From NCBI RefSeq assembly GCF_035084215.1, contig NC_090350.1, positions 27,466,001-27,530,000 of the forward strand: a DNA stretch of 64,000 nt. Direction: 5' to 3'. Numbering within the stretch: the first letter of the stretch is position 1; each line of letters opens with the position of its first letter. This document shows, in pieces, positions 27,780 to 41,135 of this stretch. The stretch is from Heptranchias perlo (Eukaryota). The notes under the pieces are model-generated. The model saw only the letters and a program-made list of their open reading frames with translations, made no database searches and was not told the DNA's origin. A program made the translations under genes and the position numbers.

Positions 27780-28150
27780 GGATATTGTCAGCTCCTTGCT
27801 ATTAGTGATTTAGGCAGAGAGTTCAGAATAGTATCATGAATAGATTGTACATATCCTGTAGCCGTCCCAAAACAACGAGGTTCCTGTGTTGGAGATGTGG
27901 GCAAAATGAGATTTTCTTCAATTTTCTATGGGAATGTCCCAAACCATATCCATTCTGGTTGGAAGTGGTCATGTTTCTCAGCTTAGTTGACCAAACTCAC
28001 GTCTCACACATACTGTATGCATTGGGTATTATTGAGATTTATGTCCCAAATGGCAAGTTGATCACATTAAGTCTTTTTGTGGCCCATAAATCAATCTTAA
28101 CATCTTGAAAGGATAAAATTACTATGGTGTGTTTGAAATTAGTTAATTTA
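27780..28150 (+). mobile_element. Old L1/Tx1-type LINE C-terminal remnant
   Basis: CWRCGQNEIFFNFLWECPKPYPFWLEVVMFLS...VAHKSILTS*K resembles the CxxC...HxxWxC knuckle region of L1-clade ORF2. Confidence 0.55.
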
Positions 28151-29715
28151 AAAATCTTACTTTTATTGTTAGAGTTTATTGCTGCTTCATACAGCCTCAA
28201 CAGCTAGAGTTCCTGTGTGCCCCCTCTCCCAAACACTCCTACATTGTGCAGCGAGGTAGGATGGAGCTTCATACTGAGGGACTGTGGGTTATTCTACAGA
28301 CATCGCAAAAGTTGGAGGCAAGTGTTATGCCATGGGGTCAAGTCCTGCTGGGCTACAGACATGGACTGGCAGCATATTCCATTGTTACATTTTGTTAAAC
28401 TACTGTTGATCTTTGTGTGAAGTACTGATTCTGAAGTAGTTTCACATATTAGTTGGCTGCTTTCACTACTTTATGTACAATTAATTTAAGGTTAACTATA
28501 ACTTTGCAGATGAAAAATAAATAATTCAAAAATATATTTTAGGGTAAAAAGAAATTTAACAGTTAGAAAATCTGAACTCAGGCTCTCATCACAAATGAAA
28601 TTTTTTTCTGAGTCAAAGATGAAAGATTTACATTGCAGAGCATTTACTATAACACTACATGCATTTCACAGCTTTGTTGGACATGCCACACCTCATATTA
28701 GTCTCAGTATGGCGCTGTAGAGTTACAGGTATTTTGATTGTGGTGAACTGAAAAAGATTGTCACCAAGGAGACCCAAATTCACTAAATGCAAGGCTGATG
28801 CAGTTCCAGTTAAGGGGCCTTTGTTGATGAGATTGTTCATTTAAGACAACATTTATTCAGTTATGAAATTCCACTATACTCCAAATGAAAAATTGGTGCT
28901 TCATAACAGGGTCTGATCTCAGCCAGCACTGCCACTAATCCATTACTGAACTTGTAAATACGAGTACTTGGAAGCAAAAGATGAATTTGTGCATAGTTGA
29001 CCAACTACTATGATATTTTGCCAAAGCACCTTTAACTTCTTGTGTTCCATGGATAAGTCCACGCACCAATAGACTGACAACTAACTTGTCAACAGTGGCA
29101 TACCCCTCTTTGGTACTAAAAAATCTCATGAAGCATCATTTACTTCTACTTTTAAACCTTGAATAGCTGAAAAATGGTTCTTCAGAGCTGGTTTTTAACT
29201 AGTTGCAAATTTTTTTAATGCGAGTCCCAACTCTAAAATGGGCAGTAAGATCGAGGGGACACCAGACAAAAGGACAGTGCTTTAGGCAGCTTTAAAAAGC
29301 TATAGAACAAATAGAAATAAAGAAAAGTGAAGTTAAAACAGAGAAAAACAGTGGGGAAGACGACAGAATAGGGCAAAAGGGGAAGGCAAGCAAAAATTTC
29401 CTTTTATTTAAAATTGTGTTTATTTTGGTTGAATTGCCCAATCTGTAGAATGGCCCAAAATAAAATAATTTTAAAGTGGTACATTTAAATCACCATGTAG
29501 CAATGTCGGCAGCTTTTTGCTACAGGCAAATTTAGCTATATATAAATTGAATTAAATCCATATCCATCAATTTTCCAGATTTGTCTTCTCCCAGGATGGA
29601 ATGGAGCCAATAAACTATTTAAGACAAGGTATCAGCAACACTGTCCAAGGTCTGACAGCATACACATTAAAACCATGATTTAAACACCCATGTAAACACA
29701 GCTTCAAAGTACTCA

Positions 29716-29877
<162 letters not shown>

Positions 29878-30088
29878 CTATACTTTCATGTGCTTTTGAT
29901 CAGAACTAAATGGCTCTACTGTAGACATGCCTTTAAAAATACAGGCCAAATGCAAAAGGCGCTAGAACCTGGACGAAGGCCTAAAAACTTGAGAATTCAC
30001 CTCCAGTACCTTGCACTTGATAAATTAAACCAAAAAATGCATTTTGGCCTCAAAAACAAATCTATACAAATGCTGATAAAAACTCAAT

Positions 30089-31152
30089 GGGTCAGATTTA
30101 GCTGGGTCGGAGCATCTTGCGGCGTGCTCAGTTAGACAGACTTATTAATTGTATATAAATGAATTGCATCAATTGATGAATGATTAGGTTCAGGTGCATG
30201 AGTAATTGGGAACTCTCTGGCTCCCATACATAAAGGAGCAGGCTTGGGGAGAGATGCATTGAGTGTAATGTGAATCCCAGCAAATAAAGTTTATAAGCAA
30301 CTAAAAGTATTCAGTCCTTCACTGTCTGGCTATCCAGTTCTAACATGACTTAAAATTGCACGTTTAGGTTTCAAAATTTTTTGCCCACAAAGTTGCTGGA
30401 GGTGCGAACTGATAATGGCACAGCGAGGGCAACAGGGCACCTAAGACCTTGGTGAACAATGGGACAAACAGTGTACCTCCTTAACCAATGAGATTAAAGG
30501 ATTGTGAAATAAACAGAGGAAGGACCGAGAAGGAGGGTGAATTAGAGCGGGAGAATTCAATGTTAAATCAGGTACAGAAAGAGAAAAAGAGAGGGAAAGG
30601 AAGATTAGATTGAGAGAGAAAAATGAGACAGAAAGAAAAATAATTTTTCTTTTAAAATTTGATATTTTTAAAATCTCCCAACAATTCACAACCTGAAGGA
30701 ATGAGACTCCACACTTATAATTGTTTACTTTCTGGGCGAGAGAGGTTGATTATCACAGTATGTTAGAGCAAAGGAGGAGGCCATTCGGCCTATCATGCCT
30801 GCGCCAGCTCTTTGAAAGAGCTATCCAATTAGTCCCATTCCCCATAGCCCTGTAAAATTAGCAGTCATTAACAATTATCATGTGATTAAAAGGGTACTTA
30901 CACTGATAATTACTACACCTAACTTTCTGTGGAGAATTAAATGGGCAATTAATGTTAAATGCAGCAACTTCATGAAAACAACGGGGAGATTAAGTGCGAG
31001 ATGCCATTTTCATGAAGCTAACGGCAGAGCGGTACAAATCGGCCAGCAACTTGTGGCGATTCACAATTCACGGGTTATCTCTTTCTCGCTACTAATTGCT
31101 GGCCAATTTGCATCGTTCAGATGTAAATTATTTTTTCAGCAAAATCTGGCCC
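30089..31152. mobile_element. Non-autonomous TIR element (Harbinger-like ends)
   Basis: GGGTCAGATTTAGCTG at the left end and reverse complement GGGCCAGATTTTGCTG at the right end (14/16); non-coding interior with patches resembling 61700-62060; TSD unclear. Confidence 0.65.
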
Positions 31153-31404
31153 ATAGAAATAACAGATTTTTCTTTGGGCTAGCATTTATAACTGGAATGT
31201 TCTTTTCACTGGTACTAAGTTACTATGGCTAGGTGTGTCCCAATAGTTCCTGTAGATCATGTACCCTAGGGCAGAATTCTCCTGGAAGATTGTTGTGGCT
31301 TTCTGATAATGTCATTAGATCTCCAAAACATACAAACGTACAAGGTTGTTGCATCAGGGAACAAAAAGATAGCATGAAGTCTAAGATTAGCTTTCATTCT
31401 GTCA

Positions 31405-31632
<228 letters not shown>

Positions 31633-32204
31633 TCAATAGTTGTCCAACCAAGAGTTAATAGGGTCTATATCAAGATATGGAAAAAGGTTGCACAGCATAA
31701 TAAAATGCTGTCCTGCCCCCTCCATACCAAATTCCTTTGTCTAAACGGCTGGATGATCCAGTCCAAAAATATAAACATATCCAAACACATTAGGACCGTT
31801 CATACTTATAATCACAAAATTTGTTTCAACAGTGGAAAAAAATCCCCCCCCCCTTCCCAGATACCTTGGACAAGATCAGCGACCTCACTGTTCATGAGCC
31901 AAAAAAAAAATCCTGTTCTTGTTCACTACCTATGCTGAAAAGGAATTACATAGATCTGGCACATAGATGCCAGGATTGTTAACTGATGGGTTGATACTGT
32001 GCTTCACCTCTGTTTATTTGCTACAGTGAACATAACTGGCAGATTTATTGGTGTGCTACCAAGTACCATAATACAAGGTTTCATCTGTGATTCCCCGCAT
32101 ATGAGTTCCCAAGCTTGGCAACTGGAGTATCTGGAGCAGATATGGCATTTCTGTTTAGAGAAGAATGGGTAATTACAGGGATAGCTACTTCAGTCCGATT
32201 CAAA

Positions 32205-33513
32205 AGGGCTTCTTATAGCGTAGCATTGACAGCAAATGTTATACCCTAGTTCGAAAAAGGGTGCAAGGATAAATCCAGCAACTACAGGCCAGTCAGTTTA
32301 ACCTCGGCGGTGGGAAAGCTTTTAGAAATGATAATCTGGGACAAAATTAATAGTCACTTGAATAAGTGTGGATTAATAAAGGAAAGCCAGCACAGATTTG
32401 TTAAACACAATTGTGATTAACTAACTCGATCGAGTTTTTTGATGAGGTAACAAAGGGGGTTGATGAGGGCAATGCGGCTGATGTGTATATGGACTTTCAA
32501 AAGGCATTTTTAAAATTCGTTCATGGGATGTGGGCATCGTTGGCAAGGCCAGCATTTATTGCCCATCCCTAATTGCCCTTGAGAAGGTGGTGGTGAGCCG
32601 TCTTCTTGAACCGCTGCAGTCCGTGTGGTGAAGGTTCTCCCACTTGATAAAGTGCCGCATAATAGGCTTGTCAGCAAAATTGAAGTACGTGGAATAAAAG
32701 GGGCAATGGCAGCATGGATACGAAATTGGCTAAGTGACAGGAAACAGACAGTAGTGGTGAACAGCTGTTTTTCGGACTGGAGGAAGGTATACAGTGGTGT
32801 TCCCCAGGGGTCAGTACTAGGACCGCTGCTTTTTTTAAATATATATTAATGACTTGGACTTGGGTGTACAGGGTACAGTTTCAAAATCTGCAGATGACAC
32901 AAAACCTGGGAGTGTAGTAAATAGTGAGGAGGACAGTAATAGACTTCAGGAGGATATAGACTGGTGGAATGGGCGGACACATGACAGTTGAAATTAATGC
33001 AGAGAAGTGCGAAGTGATAAATTTTGGCAGGAAGAACAAGGAGAGGCGATATAAACTAAATGGTACAATTCTAAAGGGGGTGCAGGAACAGTGAGACCTG
33101 GGAGTATATGTGCACAAATCTTTGAAGGTGGCAGGACAGGTTGAGAAAGTGGTTAAAAAAGCCAACGGGATCCTGGGCTTTCTAAATAGAGTACAAAAGC
33201 AAGGAAGTTATGTTGAGCCTTTGTAAAACACTGGTTCGTCCACAACTGGAGTACTGTGTCCAATTCTGGGCACCGCACTTTAGGGACTGGACCCTCATCC
33301 CTGGAATGAGGGTCTGGAGAAGCTGGAGTTGTTCTCCTTAGAGCAGAGAAGGTTGAAAGGAGACTTGATAGAAGTGTTCAAAATCATGACTGGTTTAGAT
33401 AAAGTAAATAAAGAGAAACTGTTTCCATTGGCTGAAGGGTCAAGAACCAAGGACACAGATTTAAGGTGATTGGCAAAAGAACCAAAGGTGATGTGAGGAA
33501 AAACTTTTTTACA
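32205..33513 (+). mobile_element. 5'-truncated decayed CR1 LINE
   Basis: NYRPVSLTS, MDFQKAF/DKVPH, GVPQGSVLGP, ADDTK and LEYCVQFW remnants. Confidence 0.88.
32508..32643 (-). mobile_element. Short 3' end of a second LINE family nested in the CR1
   Basis: Near-identical to 11413-11540 and inserted between the KAF and DKVPH codons. Confidence 0.85.
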
Positions 33514-36098
33514 CTGCTTTCAAGATGTTTTTGTGCTATTTTCATTAGACCATTATATAAAGTGTTTATCATTTTAAAATGCCAGAAAGGAAAGTTTGTA
33601 GTTTTAATAAATACTTGGCACATGCCCGCATAAGCTTCTTTGCAGTGTGATTTAATTGCTATGTAAGCAAAATTTTAATAGCAACCAGCAGAATTAGATA
33701 TGCCAAAAGTTCTCAAGTCAATCCACCTTAAAGTTAATATTTCACATTTTGATTCCATGAGCTACTTGTAACGGGCTTGGTCAGTCCCCAGCTACGTCGT
33801 CCCCTCAGACACTCATCTCTGAAAGTCAGCAAAAGGAACCAGCTCACATTTTGCTGAGCTCCCCACTTTGTGTTAGTTTGTGAAAAGCTTCATTCATTGA
33901 ATTTTATGGGCTTCAATTTTTCCTCATTCCAACTTTCCAAAGCACTATTTTCTCCTCCAATAACTTTCCTAGAAGTGTAACACATAAACCTCACTGTATA
34001 TAGAAAATTATCAATTTAATACATTTCCCCCAACAAAGCTTTTCACAGTTCAGTGGAAAGCTTAATAAAATCACATTGGAAACTGTAAGAACATTTCAAA
34101 AAAATTATTCTTGGGGTAGCAGCTTTCATGTAGTCACACTCAGGGCTGACTAATTCAATCTAGTTTATATTTTAACATCGGTTAAAATTGCATTCTATTA
34201 ATGTTCGGGCAATTTGGTTCTCATGGTTCATAGAGATATGTTGTTGAGTCACTTCATACAGCAAGAATTATTCTGATTGGATTTCAGAGTAAAATGTCCA
34301 TTGCCATTGTGGTATAAATTCATAAAGCAAATATATAAAATGAAATAAAGGCTGGAATCTGGGTACATTGACAGCAAATGCATTGCATTTTCACCCTTTT
34401 CATATGGATACTAGAGCACACAGTCACCTTGATTAAATGGCTATCTTATCTTAAATAGTCATATCTTCCTGTAAAGGTTTCTGATTGAATAGGACTTGTA
34501 TTTAGATTAAGAAGCCACCTATTAATCTGACTACATCACCTGCTATAGTAGTTTAAATATTTTAGCAGTACAAGGAAATCTAACTCACGTACAAATTAAC
34601 CAACAATTGCAGTTTAAAATTGAAGGGCAAAAGACCTTTGTCACCAAGATTCAAAGAATTTGGATCAGTTCCAAAGATGAATTAGCAACTCTTAACAGGT
34701 AACACCTGAGCACATGCAAACTCATCCCTTTCACTCCAGTTAATGACTTGTTATTTCTGCACAGATTTATAGTAACCAGATCAATTTCAGGTCATCAGTT
34801 TAATAAAATTATGTTTATTACCACCATGCAAGTTTTATTGCATCAGAGAGAAAGCGACAGAAATAGAGAGACAAAGAACTCATGCAACTGTACTGCCATG
34901 TCTTGTTCCTGGAATATGCTTAATATAATTAGGCCAAGAATCACTCCTTTTCTTCCCTCACACCAAAAAAACATGCTTAAACTTTTAATAATTCAGTATT
35001 TTTGACCCCTGAAATTGTCAGTTGAACTTTTTAAATCTCAGCTTCGGCAGCAACTTCTCCTGTTTAAAGAAACCAAATCAAATAAATATTGGCAGGTATG
35101 CGTATGTTAAGTTTATTTTTCTCTTGCACAGGACCTCAGTACAGTTAGTGCTACAAATGCTGTACCTAGCATTTTATGGTCTTTCTCTCTCTGTCTCTCT
35201 CTCTCCCCATTTAAGTAAAGTCCATCCTATTACAGAGTACAATACTGAGACAGTTCCTCCAAGAACTCGCACAACTTTCACATCAGCACAAGATGGAATC
35301 AGTCATTCCTGAAAGCTAAACCCTAAATAAATTTATCTCCTTCCAAGAGCCATATGTATTCTTCCCAACAGCTCCGGTTTCAGCTTCCAAATTTCTTACA
35401 TTGTTGAGATTTCCATGCCTATAAGAATTGGCAGTACTGTATTTTCCAGTATTTAAAGAGAACGCTTACATTAACTCTCTTGTAACTTGCCAGGCTATCT
35501 GTAAATTCTGACGTGATGTGTAACGTTTATACAATTTTGTTTTACATATACACTCAAAACCAATGAAAGCTACATCACCATGTTAAATGATAATACACAG
35601 CCATTTCACAAAAGCACCATCAATAGACGATGTAACTTCTTTTGTACTTCATAGCTGGCTATTTTTAGCAAGTGGTCCTTTAAAGGCATGTGCTGGCAAA
35701 AGAGCTGAATCAACATCACACTCGCCACATGGTATGAGCCAATCTCCTTTCCTGGGGTTTAGCTAAAATAAAATCTCAATGGACAGACACTATTTAAGTT
35801 ACTGATTTAGAACCAGGGCCATTGGAACATTTCTGGCTTCTAGAAGATTTATTTAATTCAAGAAAATACAATAACAATTTATGTAAAGTGTAACAAAAAA
35901 ATCAGGCACATTCTCAGAAAAATTTCTATAGTTGACATTTAAAATTAAAGCAACCTGAAAAGAAAACATTTTAGTCCTAAATTCTAAACATTCAAAGCTC
36001 TGTGGATACAGTTCCATTTTATTTTTTTATAAAGCAGACCAACAGAACGTAACAGTAGATAGCAAGAAGTCATATCCAGTTGAAAAAAACTGACCAGT

Positions 36099-36772
36099 AT
36101 ATTTTTTTCCAACTATTAATGACATTTTGAACAGGGTTCACATACCTAGTGAGCTACTATGGAGACATGTAGAAATTGGATGTTTCTGGCAGTAATTGCA
36201 ATATGCTGCTTAAAATTGCATTCAACTTTTGGAAAAAAACACAGTATTCACCTTCCAATCTGCTGCACAAGCAATTTGAATTTTAAAAAAAGTGCCAGTG
36301 AAAGTTGTTACTTTTTTTAAAAGCTTCATTTCCTGACATTCAAATTTGGAACAAGTTACTTCATCTTTCTGACATTTCTATTGTTTCTTGTAACATTCTG
36401 CATTACCAGAACCATATTATTCCTCTCCCTTATTGTTTTTGCTAGTTTTGTGCATAGAAGCCTGTATCCACTTTCTAGGATTCAACTATACTATCAAGCA
36501 TTTCAATGCCATTTTAACATCTACATAATAACGAAGCTAATAATCCACCTTCATTTTACTATGGATATGTCATAGTGCCATTGATCTAATGAGATCAACT
36601 AGTGTAAAGCAGACAACTTTGATAGATAATACAAAGTCATAACCAACTCACTGATTATTTTTTTTCAACTATTAATGATATTTTGAACAGTGTTCACATA
36701 CCTAGTGAGCCATTATGGGGACCTGTAGAAATTAAGTGTTTCTGGCAGTAATTACAATCTGCTGTTTAAAAT
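36099..36772 (+). repeat. Pair of about 120-bp direct repeats (36099-36216 and 36656-36772)
   Basis: caactattaatga..ttttgaacag.gttcacatacctagtgagc...tgtttctggcagtaatt present in both. Confidence 0.85.
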
Positions 36773-38789
36773 ATGATTCTAATGATTCAAGTGACAAACC
36801 TTAGGTATAAATTATGCACTCCATAAAGCATTGATGCTGTATGGAAATGAAAATTGACATTTGTGTGTCCTTAATTTTTACATATAGAATAGCTGTTGGG
36901 TTTGAGTGAATTACACTTTGATTCTAAGTGTGTGTCACAATAAACCTGTGGTGAAAAGGAGTGTGAAGTTCAAGTGATTTACGTAGGTATCAGACCAAGT
37001 CTTAACCTGTCGTAACTCACAAAGGCCCAATAGCAACTTCATATGATACCTGTAAGCATCGTTGTTACTAGGATTTTGTACAGTGTAATGGTGGGTCTGA
37101 TTTTTTCATACTACAGGTATGCCAATTGTGCAAATACCCAGAAATATAGTTTTAGATTTTGACCTTACAAATTTGAATTATCGGGAGAGAGCATTTGAAC
37201 TATGACACTACAGTAAAGTATTGGGTTGTTACAGATGGTGGCCGTAGTGGATCAATTTGAAGCACTAAATTAAAAGCATCATATAGGATGCATATTGATA
37301 CAACATTAAAATATGATTTCCCCCCCCCATAAAGTATATTAGCACCAATACGCTAACGAGCCTAGTGACAACAGTGATGCAGCAAATACTACTAAGTGGC
37401 TTCCCAGACGTGCTTAACTCTGCTATGATTATCTTATGAAGGCAGCAGCATTTTATTTTTACATTACTTGACAGAAAGGGGATAAAAACAGATTTCATGA
37501 TGGAAGACCTCGCCTAAATCAAGTGACAAGAAAAGTCACTAATACAGGGGAGAAAAGAATTAGTGATACTAGAAAGTTGTATGCTGAGCACATTAGAATA
37601 CTGCTTCATATTTCATTATGGATAACGTGTAAATGCTCGAGTTGCTCCTTACCATGCGTGTAGATTGCTGGTAGTTGAACATTTATTTCTGAATTAGATA
37701 AAGGAGGATTCCGATTGGCTGAGAACTGTGGTTAAGCCCACGATAGTTGCACAGTTTCGCTCAGCATCAGAACCTTTCATTGTTTTGTGTTAGAGCTGGT
37801 GCTGTGATGTCAGGAGGATCACAGAACAACAACTGAAAAAGATTTTTTAAAAATTTTAACAGACATTAAAACAAAGTGAAACTAATAATCTAACTGCAAC
37901 AATGAAATCAAAAGGTATAATTATCCATATTTCAGCACACCAGTTAGTGTTTTAAGCACTCTACCTTGTGCCAAGATATACACTCGTGTGCTGAAACTTG
38001 CACTTCTGAACAAGATGGTGTACATTATCTGCTGCTACCCTACTGTTAAGTGGATTTAAAAGGTGCACTACAATACTTCAAAATACCTTTCCTTATCATA
38101 CAGAGATTGCAAGTGGATAGAGGCTGACCCCTCAATAATTCAATCACATCAGAGGACAAAGTAGCATATGAAATGGCTGAACACTACACTTTCTAAAGTG
38201 ATCATGAATGCCCTCTGCTGATAATCCCCATCATTGTTGCAAATACACAAAACTTGACCCAACAATCAGGGAAAGGGAGAGGGTCTACACGGTAGCATTA
38301 CTCTGTGCAGAAAGTAAGCAATGCCAGATTAGATTGAATGAACTAGTCCAACACAGCAGACAGGAAACAAAAATCTTTAAAAGTACAAGGTCTTACGAAT
38401 AATATACTAGAACCTGTTATTGCAAGGACAGTGCACATGGCTGAAGAGCAAAATGTTCCCTCGTCGTTTAGTGGACAAATGGACAGCCTGATATAGTAGT
38501 GAATCATACATCCAGGAAAATCAATGGGTTCATAGCAAGTTCTCTGATCTCAACCCTGGGTTACAATCTGCTTCAGCATCCCGAGGCTTGGGGAAAGGGG
38601 AGAAACACTGCTAAACAATGTTGTGAAGCTTTCAATCACTGATGTACACCACGTCAAACAAAGGATGCTGGCACTTTAGCCATATCCTCACTTTATTTCA
38701 ATGAAGTTTGAATACCGAAGGCTTATTCTTACTGTCACTAATCTTGAATGTTAATATGCACATAACCCGAACCCAATTATACCTTACCT

Positions 38790-39297
38790 AAGCAAGGATA
38801 TACTTGCCTTAGAGGGGGTGCAACGAAGGTTCACTAGATTGATTCCTGGGATGAGAGGGTTGTCCTATGAGGAGCGATTGAGTAGAATGGGCCTATATTC
38901 TCTGGAGTTTAGAAGAATGGGAGGTGATCTCATTGAAACGTATAAAATTCTTAGAGGGCTTGACAGGGTAGATGCTGAGAGGCTGTTTGCCCTGGCTGGA
39001 GAGTCTAGACTAGGGGTCATAGTCTCAAGATAACAGATCGGCCATTTAGGATCGAGATGAGGAAAAATGTCTTCACTGTGAATCTTTCAACTTCTCTACC
39101 ACAGAGGGCTGTGGATGCTCAGTCGTTGAGTATATTCAAGACTGATATCGATAGATTTTTGGACACTAAGGGAATCAAGGGATATGGGGATAGGGCGGGA
39201 AAGTGGAGTTGAAGTAGAAGATCAGCCATGATCGTACTGAATGGTGAAGCAGGCTCGAGGGGCCGCTTGGCCTACTCCTATTTCTTATGTTCTTATA
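38790..39297 (+). mobile_element. CR1 3' fragment
   Basis: QRRFTRLIPGMRGLSYEERLSRMGLYSLEFRR; same family as 60195-60712; ttcttatgttctta tail. Confidence 0.88.
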
Positions 39298-40194
39298 CAG
39301 TATCACAGTGGTGACAGTACAATAAACTTCTTTTGTCTCCTTCCCTCTGTCTCCTACAAGGCAACAGCTCTTTCAGGCACCTTATCCAAGAGGCCATTCT
39401 TCATATAGAAGTTTTGATGTCAACTGCTAGTTGACTGTTGGATCATAGACATGCACTTTCGAGCAGGGGATCACCAGACAGAGATCAGGAGCAGAACACT
39501 GGCTGCTTTTCTTCCCCTCCCTAGCCCAGGGGCACTGAAGCCAATTCTAATGTATTTCTTCCACCACCCCAGCTAAAATCAGCTAACGAACCACATTAGG
39601 TGCTGCATTTGCCCACTGAGCCACTGGGATGCTCTATAACACTTCTTCCACAAGGACATATGGTCCACAAGTGTGCCACATGTTTTTGCATCCCTGAAAT
39701 GCAGCTCCACCTACTAGAGATTCAGCTTACCGTGCCTCCGTGTTGCTGCCTGCAATTTCTTTAGACCATCTTAAAAGAACAGTGTCACATGCCAATTCAC
39801 TGCCAACCGTTACATTGACAAATGTTAAATCGCTATTGATTTTCATATATGTAAACAATACATTTTCAAACAAAGACCCCCAAGGTCATCAGATTTCTGT
39901 CTCTTCGCAGATTTCTGAACTTTTCCATTTACTAGCATATCATTTCCGTTTTCCTTTGAGTAATTGATGCTTTATTTCAGAAATTAGGAACAGGGGATCT
40001 CCCACATTGAAAAGTTTGAAAACCATTGTGTAAACTATGATTTTAAATTTGGGAAGTTATCATTCAAGTCGACAGAATGTAAACATTTCCTTAGCATGCA
40101 AATGGACACCAACCTAGTTATTGATAACTTGGTAAGGCATCTATTCCATGGAAGCCTACATGCTGCCCAAGCTGATGGGCCCCTTAATCATTTA

Positions 40195-40557
<363 letters not shown>

Positions 40558-40819
40558 CTAACTTTTAAACGGAGGGGGTGGGAGGGGGAGAAAAAAAACC
40601 GCCGAAGAACTTTCGAGAAATGATCGAACCGATTTAGTTGTTTTTTGGGGGAATGTCAAACGCTTAAGCCTGTGGCCTAGGTAGTTTCTCTTGGATACCC
40701 GTTTCTTTTTTTTAAATTTAAAAAACCGCTTCGAATACTTCAGTTTCCAGAATCTTCGGAAGGTTTGTCCGAACCGACTCCAGATGATAAATCCCAGAGC
40801 GTGGCTGAGGCCTAGTTGG

Positions 40820-40985
40820 CTTTTTCGTTTTGTTTCTTTTTTTGCCTTATTATTTTTTTTAAATTAAAAATTAACGGGATTGGTTTTTTTTTTATTCCTC
40901 CTTAAAACTTAGTTCCACCGATTTTTATTTTGGGTTTTTTTTTGTTTGTTTAAAGTTTTTTTTTATTTTTTAATTTTTTTTTTAA
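40820..40985 (-). promoter_or_regulatory. PABPC4: A-rich 5'UTR tract resembling the PABP autoregulatory sequence
   Basis: Minus strand shows repeated A5-A11 runs split by short linkers, between the inferred TSS and the ATG, as in the PABPC1 ARS. Confidence 0.75.
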
Positions 40986-41060
40986 GTATGAGTGTGTACT
41001 ACTGCTGCTGCTGAAGCTTTTTCCACACTCACACACACATTAACTAACTGTCTGTGGCCA

Positions 41061-41135
41061 GGAGATGGAGGAAGAGCAACTGAGGTGGAGGCTTTTTATA
41101 TATCAGGGAGAAACAGTCTCGTCATTTCCTGCACG
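41061..41135 (-). promoter_or_regulatory. PABPC4: PABPC4 core promoter: TATA box and pyrimidine-rich (TCT/5'TOP-like) start
   Basis: Minus-strand TATATAAAAA at 41102-41093, then CTCTTCCTCCATCTCC starting about 26 nt downstream at 41076. A CAGGAAATGACG (ETS/half-CRE-like) motif lies just upstream. The TSS is inferred. Confidence 0.65.
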
